Assembly (NCBI GenBank): GCA_044356455.1
Contig: JBIKWF010000055.1
Coordinates: 1 to 27,739 of the forward strand
Direction of reading: 5' to 3'
Length of the DNA stretch: 27,739 nt
Source: Bdellovibrionota bacterium
GTDB taxonomy: Bacteria > Bdellovibrionota_C > UBA2361 > JBGSMV01
Of the stretch, positions 24,157-27,739 are shown one piece after another (within the stretch, counting starts at the first letter, position 1; every line of letters starts with the position of its first letter). Position numbers and translations under genes: made by a program. The notes under the pieces are model-generated. The model saw only the letters and a program-made list of their open reading frames with translations, did not search any database and was not told the DNA's origin.

Positions 24157-26043
24157 ATGTCTCCGCAGAGCAAACATTTGATAGTAATTGGCGGTGGGCA
24201 TGCCGGTGTTGAGGCTGCCTCCGCTGCTGCAAGACTCGGGATTCGAACAACCTTGGTGAGTCTTCGAAGACATGGCATCGGGCAGATGTCGTGTAATCCT
24301 GCCATCGGAGGACTTGGAAAAGGGCACCTCGTTAAAGAAGTAGACGCCCTCGGAGGCCTCATGGGCCTGGCAATAGATGCGACCGGAATCCAGTTTCGGA
24401 CCTTGAACGAGAGCAAGGGTCCCGCTGTCCAAGCCTCAAGAGCCCAGGCAGATAGAGACCTTTATAAGGCCAAAGTCCTCTCTCTTGTTGAATCGGTCCC
24501 CAATCTGACCGTTATAGAGGGCGAAGTTGCCTCAATCTTGGCTACTGGCTCGCGAGTAACCGGAATCACACTTTCTGACGGCTCCCGTATAGAAGCCTCC
24601 TGTGTTGTCCTCACCACGGGAACCTTTCTGCGAGGGCTCATGCATACGGGGGAGTGCCAAACCCCAGGGGGACGACATGGCGACGCCCCCTCAAACTCGC
24701 TTAGTGAGTCACTCAAGCAGCTTGGGTTCTCCCTTGGGCGCCTTAAGACCGGCACCCCTCCCCGAATTCGCAAGTCGAGCATTGATTTTTCAGGACTTCA
24801 GGAGCAGCCGGGAGACAATCCCCCGCGCCCATTCTCCCTTCTTACTGAAGCTATTACCCAGCGCCAAATCTCATGCTGGGTTACCTACACCAACGAGGCC
24901 GTTCATGACCTCATCCGCTCTAACCGCGAACGTAGCCCCATGTTTAATGGGCAAATTAAGTCCGGGGGCCCGCGCTACTGCCCCTCGCTCGAAGACAAGG
25001 TTTACCGCTTCGCGGACAAAAATCGGCACCAGATATTCCTTGAACCAGAGGGATACGAGTCCGATATCGTGTATCCAAATGGAATTTCCACCAGCCTGCC
25101 GGCCGACATTCAAGACAAGTTCGTGCGCCTCATACCCGGCCTAGAAAACTGCGAAATTCTAAAGATGGGCTATGCCGTCGAATATGATTTTGTAGATCCT
25201 CGGAACCTCCTCCCTACTCTCGAGACCAAATCTATCCAGGGCCTCTTTCTTGCGGGCCAGATTAACGGCACCTCTGGCTACGAAGAAGCCGCGGGGCAAG
25301 GACTCATTGCGGGAACAAATGCCGCCCTTAAAATCCTAGAGAAAGACCCATTTATCGTCAGCCGAGGAGAAGGCTACCTCGGAGTCATGGTCGACGATCT
25401 CACCACCAACGGCGTGGAAGAGCCCTATCGCATGTTCACCTCTCGCGCAGAGTATCGGCTGATTCTGCGCGAAGACAATGCAGGCTCTCGCCTTACCGCA
25501 CGAGGCCGGAGCATTGGCTTAGTGAGCGATGAACTTTGGAGTAAATTCTCAGAGCAAGAAGAGCAAAAGGCGCGGCTAAAATCTTGGGCTGAAACCTGCC
25601 GCATCAAGCCTACTGCCGAAGTTAATGACTGGCTTACGGGACTCGGGAGCGCCTTGCTCCGCGATAGCACCACAGTAGATAATCTTGTGCGCCGTCCAGA
25701 GCTTTCGCTTGAACAAATCATGTCCAAGTTCCCGAGCGCCGAGCAGTTCCCAGAGCCTCTCGTCTCGGTGGTAAACACAGAACTTAAATTCAGTGGGTAC
25801 CTTAAGCGCCAAGAGGAAGAGGTCGAGCGCCTCAAGAAATTAGAAGACGAAGTAATCCCGGCAGACTTCAGCTATGACAATCTGCCAAGTCTTAGAATAG
25901 AGCACCGGCAAAAGCTGGCTGCATTTCGGCCCTACTCTTTGGGACAAGCCATGAAAATTCCGGGAATTACCGCGAACGCCGTGTCCGTACTTGCAGTGCA
26001 TCTGAAGCGTTTTAGAAGCGCCGCTGCGCCAGCAAGCTCTTAG
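24157..26043 (+). CDS. mnmG: tRNA uridine-5-carboxymethylaminomethyl modification enzyme MnmG
   Basis: GGGHAGVEAA, MSCNPAIGGLGKGHL, RLKTGTPPR, GPRYCPSLEDK, AGQINGTSGYEEAAGQG, EPYRMFTSRAEYRL. Confidence 0.99.
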   Translation: MSPQSKHLIVIGGGHAGVEAASAAARLGIRTTLVSLRRHGIGQMSCNPAIGGLGKGHLVKEVDALGGLMGLAIDATGIQFRTLNESKGPAVQASRAQADRDLYKAKVLSLVESVPNLTVIEGEVASILATGSRVTGITLSDGSRIEASCVVLTTGTFLRGLMHTGECQTPGGRHGDAPSNSLSESLKQLGFSLGRLKTGTPPRIRKSSIDFSGLQEQPGDNPPRPFSLLTEAITQRQISCWVTYTNEAVHDLIRSNRERSPMFNGQIKSGGPRYCPSLEDKVYRFADKNRHQIFLEPEGYESDIVYPNGISTSLPADIQDKFVRLIPGLENCEILKMGYAVEYDFVDPRNLLPTLETKSIQGLFLAGQINGTSGYEEAAGQGLIAGTNAALKILEKDPFIVSRGEGYLGVMVDDLTTNGVEEPYRMFTSRAEYRLILREDNAGSRLTARGRSIGLVSDELWSKFSEQEEQKARLKSWAETCRIKPTAEVNDWLTGLGSALLRDSTTVDNLVRRPELSLEQIMSKFPSAEQFPEPLVSVVNTELKFSGYLKRQEEEVERLKKLEDEVIPADFSYDNLPSLRIEHRQKLAAFRPYSLGQAMKIPGITANAVSVLAVHLKRFRSAAAPASS

Positions 26044-26067
26044 CCCAGCAATAAGTGTAACCGTTAG

Positions 26068-26094
26068 GTAGGGCGCCCTGTCCCTAGGGCGCCG
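26068..26094 (+). repeat. Single GTAG-type REP palindrome between convergent mnmG and cmk
   Basis: GTAGGGCGCCCTGTCCCTAGGGCGCCG, 25/27 identical to 234-260 and followed by the same AAGATCT. Confidence 0.8.
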
Positions 26095-26134
26095 AAAGAT
26101 CTTCCAACCACCCACTCCCCCAAAGCGTGGGCAG

Positions 26135-27313
26135 TCAAATTCCGATTCCGCGCTTCTTTAGTATTTCTTCAAGCTTCGCAAGAGCGAGGTCTCTCGTCGC
26201 CTCAAATGTCTCTTGCTCACTATAGCTCCGTATTCCGTCCAACCGGGTTTCCTTGCGATTAGACCGCCGGCTTTTCTTGCGATTAGTTTTATCGGGATCC
26301 ACCCGCGTATAGGTGTACTCAGCCGGGTAGAAGCGAATCGCCCCCTTGGGTTCTCGTAAGGGAGAAAACCTACGCGTCTTGTCGTGCCGATCTCTGCTCT
26401 CTATATCCTCAGCCTCGAGGTAGAACGCCGAGATATAGTTAAGCGTCGTGGCAAGCTCTTCTTCCGTCTCGGGAAATTTAGTTGGGATAAGGTGCTCTTG
26501 ACCAGACTTTCGGAGCCGCTGATCCTGCCGCCACAAAGCCCTTAGCTCGGGCGCTCCACCAAAATAGAGCTTGATTGGAGCATCGGGAAAGACGGTAGTT
26601 CCCATATCTCGGCCATCGGTGACGCAGCCAAGGCGCCCAAAACTTCTCTGGAAGGGAAGCAGATCTCGGCGAACAATTCCAATCTCGCCAAGAATGGACG
26701 CTCCCGTAGAGCATTCCGGGTTCACGTAAACTTCATCGGTAACATCTCGGCGCACACCACCCCGTTCCACGATGACGCGCTGTCCACCAGGGTGGTTTTC
26801 GACATGCAGCTGTCCGGAAATATCGTCATTGCCGACAAGTTCCCGCACCAAGTCATGGATAAGTCTCTTTTCCTTTTTCGTTAGGGGCTCTACGCCTTCC
26901 TTGTCCTGAAGCCGCCTTCGCGTCACCCATCCCTTTTGTTTGAATTCTTCGATTTCTGCCAATGCAACAAGCGCCGGAACACGATAGGTAATCCCTGAAC
27001 TAAAAAACGGCACGCCAAAATAGCGTGCAAGTTTCTCGCCCACTGTGCCCTTCCCTACTGCCCCAGGGCCATCAATAGTAATTATGAGTGGCTCGTTCGT
27101 AAGGCGCAGGTACATTGAGCCCAGAGACTCTCCCGGGAGGAGCAATTTCTCCAGGAAAGGAAATTTCTCTGCAAGATACGCTCTTTCAAATAGCTCAGGA
27201 CGCGGAAGTGATAGCGCTCCTTGTTCACCCACCGCAGGTGCGGGAGCGGGGACTCGCGCTGAATGAGACGAAAAATCTTTGCCGCCCGCTCCAGATTGAG
27301 ATCTAGTTTCCAT
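26135..27313 (-). CDS. cmk: Cytidylate kinase-like protein with N-terminal extension and insertions
   Basis: IITIDGPGAVGKGT (P-loop), SSGITYR, DGRDMGTTVFPDAPIKLYF, RDRHDKTRRFSPL. Start uncertain (27313, 27394 or later). Confidence 0.72.
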   Translation of the reverse strand: METRSQSGAGGKDFSSHSARVPAPAPAVGEQGALSLPRPELFERAYLAEKFPFLEKLLLPGESLGSMYLRLTNEPLIITIDGPGAVGKGTVGEKLARYFGVPFFSSGITYRVPALVALAEIEEFKQKGWVTRRRLQDKEGVEPLTKKEKRLIHDLVRELVGNDDISGQLHVENHPGGQRVIVERGGVRRDVTDEVYVNPECSTGASILGEIGIVRRDLLPFQRSFGRLGCVTDGRDMGTTVFPDAPIKLYFGGAPELRALWRQDQRLRKSGQEHLIPTKFPETEEELATTLNYISAFYLEAEDIESRDRHDKTRRFSPLREPKGAIRFYPAEYTYTRVDPDKTNRKKSRRSNRKETRLDGIRSYSEQETFEATRDLALAKLEEILKKRGIGI

Positions 27314-27573
27314 AGCTGCGCTCCGCGCCCCCCGAAGAGAGCTCCCCTGACCCGCCAAGCGGGTGAGACATGCAGGTACGATCTGAAGAATCATGGATCA
27401 CGCACAGCACTATTAAAGAAAATGGTTTCCCCTGCTCCACGACGAACGAAGCAGCACACCTGGAAGGGAGCAGTAGTATCTCCAAGATGCAGATCTTACT
27501 CAAATCTAAGACAAGCGCACTTCTCGGCGCAGCCACTGTCCAAATATTGGGTAAATTTCAGTGGGTTACCTTA

Positions 27574-27640
27574 GGATTCTCTGAAAAACGCACCTCTGCG
27601 TCCTCTGTGGTGAAATTCATCAAGCAATTCACCACAGAGC
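27574..27640. mobile_element. Partial MITE-like copy (one TIR plus hairpin)
   Basis: GGATTCTCTGAAAAA-CGCAC-CTCTGCGTCCTCTGTGGTGAA...TTCACCACAGAGC; its reverse complement resembles 152-229 and 431-508. Confidence 0.7.
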
Positions 27641-27739
27641 GGCTGTGTTCAAAAGCAAGAGGAAAGTAAGTTATTTTTAAGCCGGTACCGCTGGAGGGTT
27701 GAGATACGCTTTCATCCTGGTATTTAGGCGTATAGCGAG

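Noticed and set aside
27370..27669. 99-aa and 103-aa plus-strand ORFs near the right end
   Set aside because: They overlap the cmk 5' region and a repeat element and show no protein motifs.

Overview
Bacterial chromosomal window of about 53% GC (estimated by eye). The left third is a minus-strand cluster: Cys-less Rrf2 regulator, cysteine dioxygenase, long-type tryptophan 2,3-dioxygenase (kynA), atypical SDR, 3-hydroxyanthranilate dioxygenase (nbaC), cyclase/kynurenine formamidase, kynureninase (kynU) and kynurenine 3-monooxygenase (kmo). This gives a complete Trp-to-quinolinate route, with a candidate Rrf2 operator in front of the cysteine dioxygenase. The rest is housekeeping and accessory genes: secA, hemW, a secreted Cys-rich PT-linker protein, DMT transporter, HAD hydrolase, DUF4405-like protein, a DUF4124/methyltransferase/immunity-like trio, Fe-S-less mutY, RluA-family synthase, yjbQ, MFS, DUF5522-like protein, SLT, mnmG and an atypical cmk. 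The most striking non-gene signal is a modular repeat system filling many intergenic spaces. It comprises (i) 107-130 bp MITE-like elements with IS5-like ends (GGAAyCTCTGAAAAA), three of them with 4-bp YTAR target duplications, carrying interchangeable hairpins built from triple 9-mers (nnCACAGAG), (ii) GTAG-type REP palindromes, and (iii) mosaics, tandem copies and nested insertions of these parts. No transposase, rRNA, tRNA or CRISPR array was seen. All family assignments are from motif recall; no searches were run.
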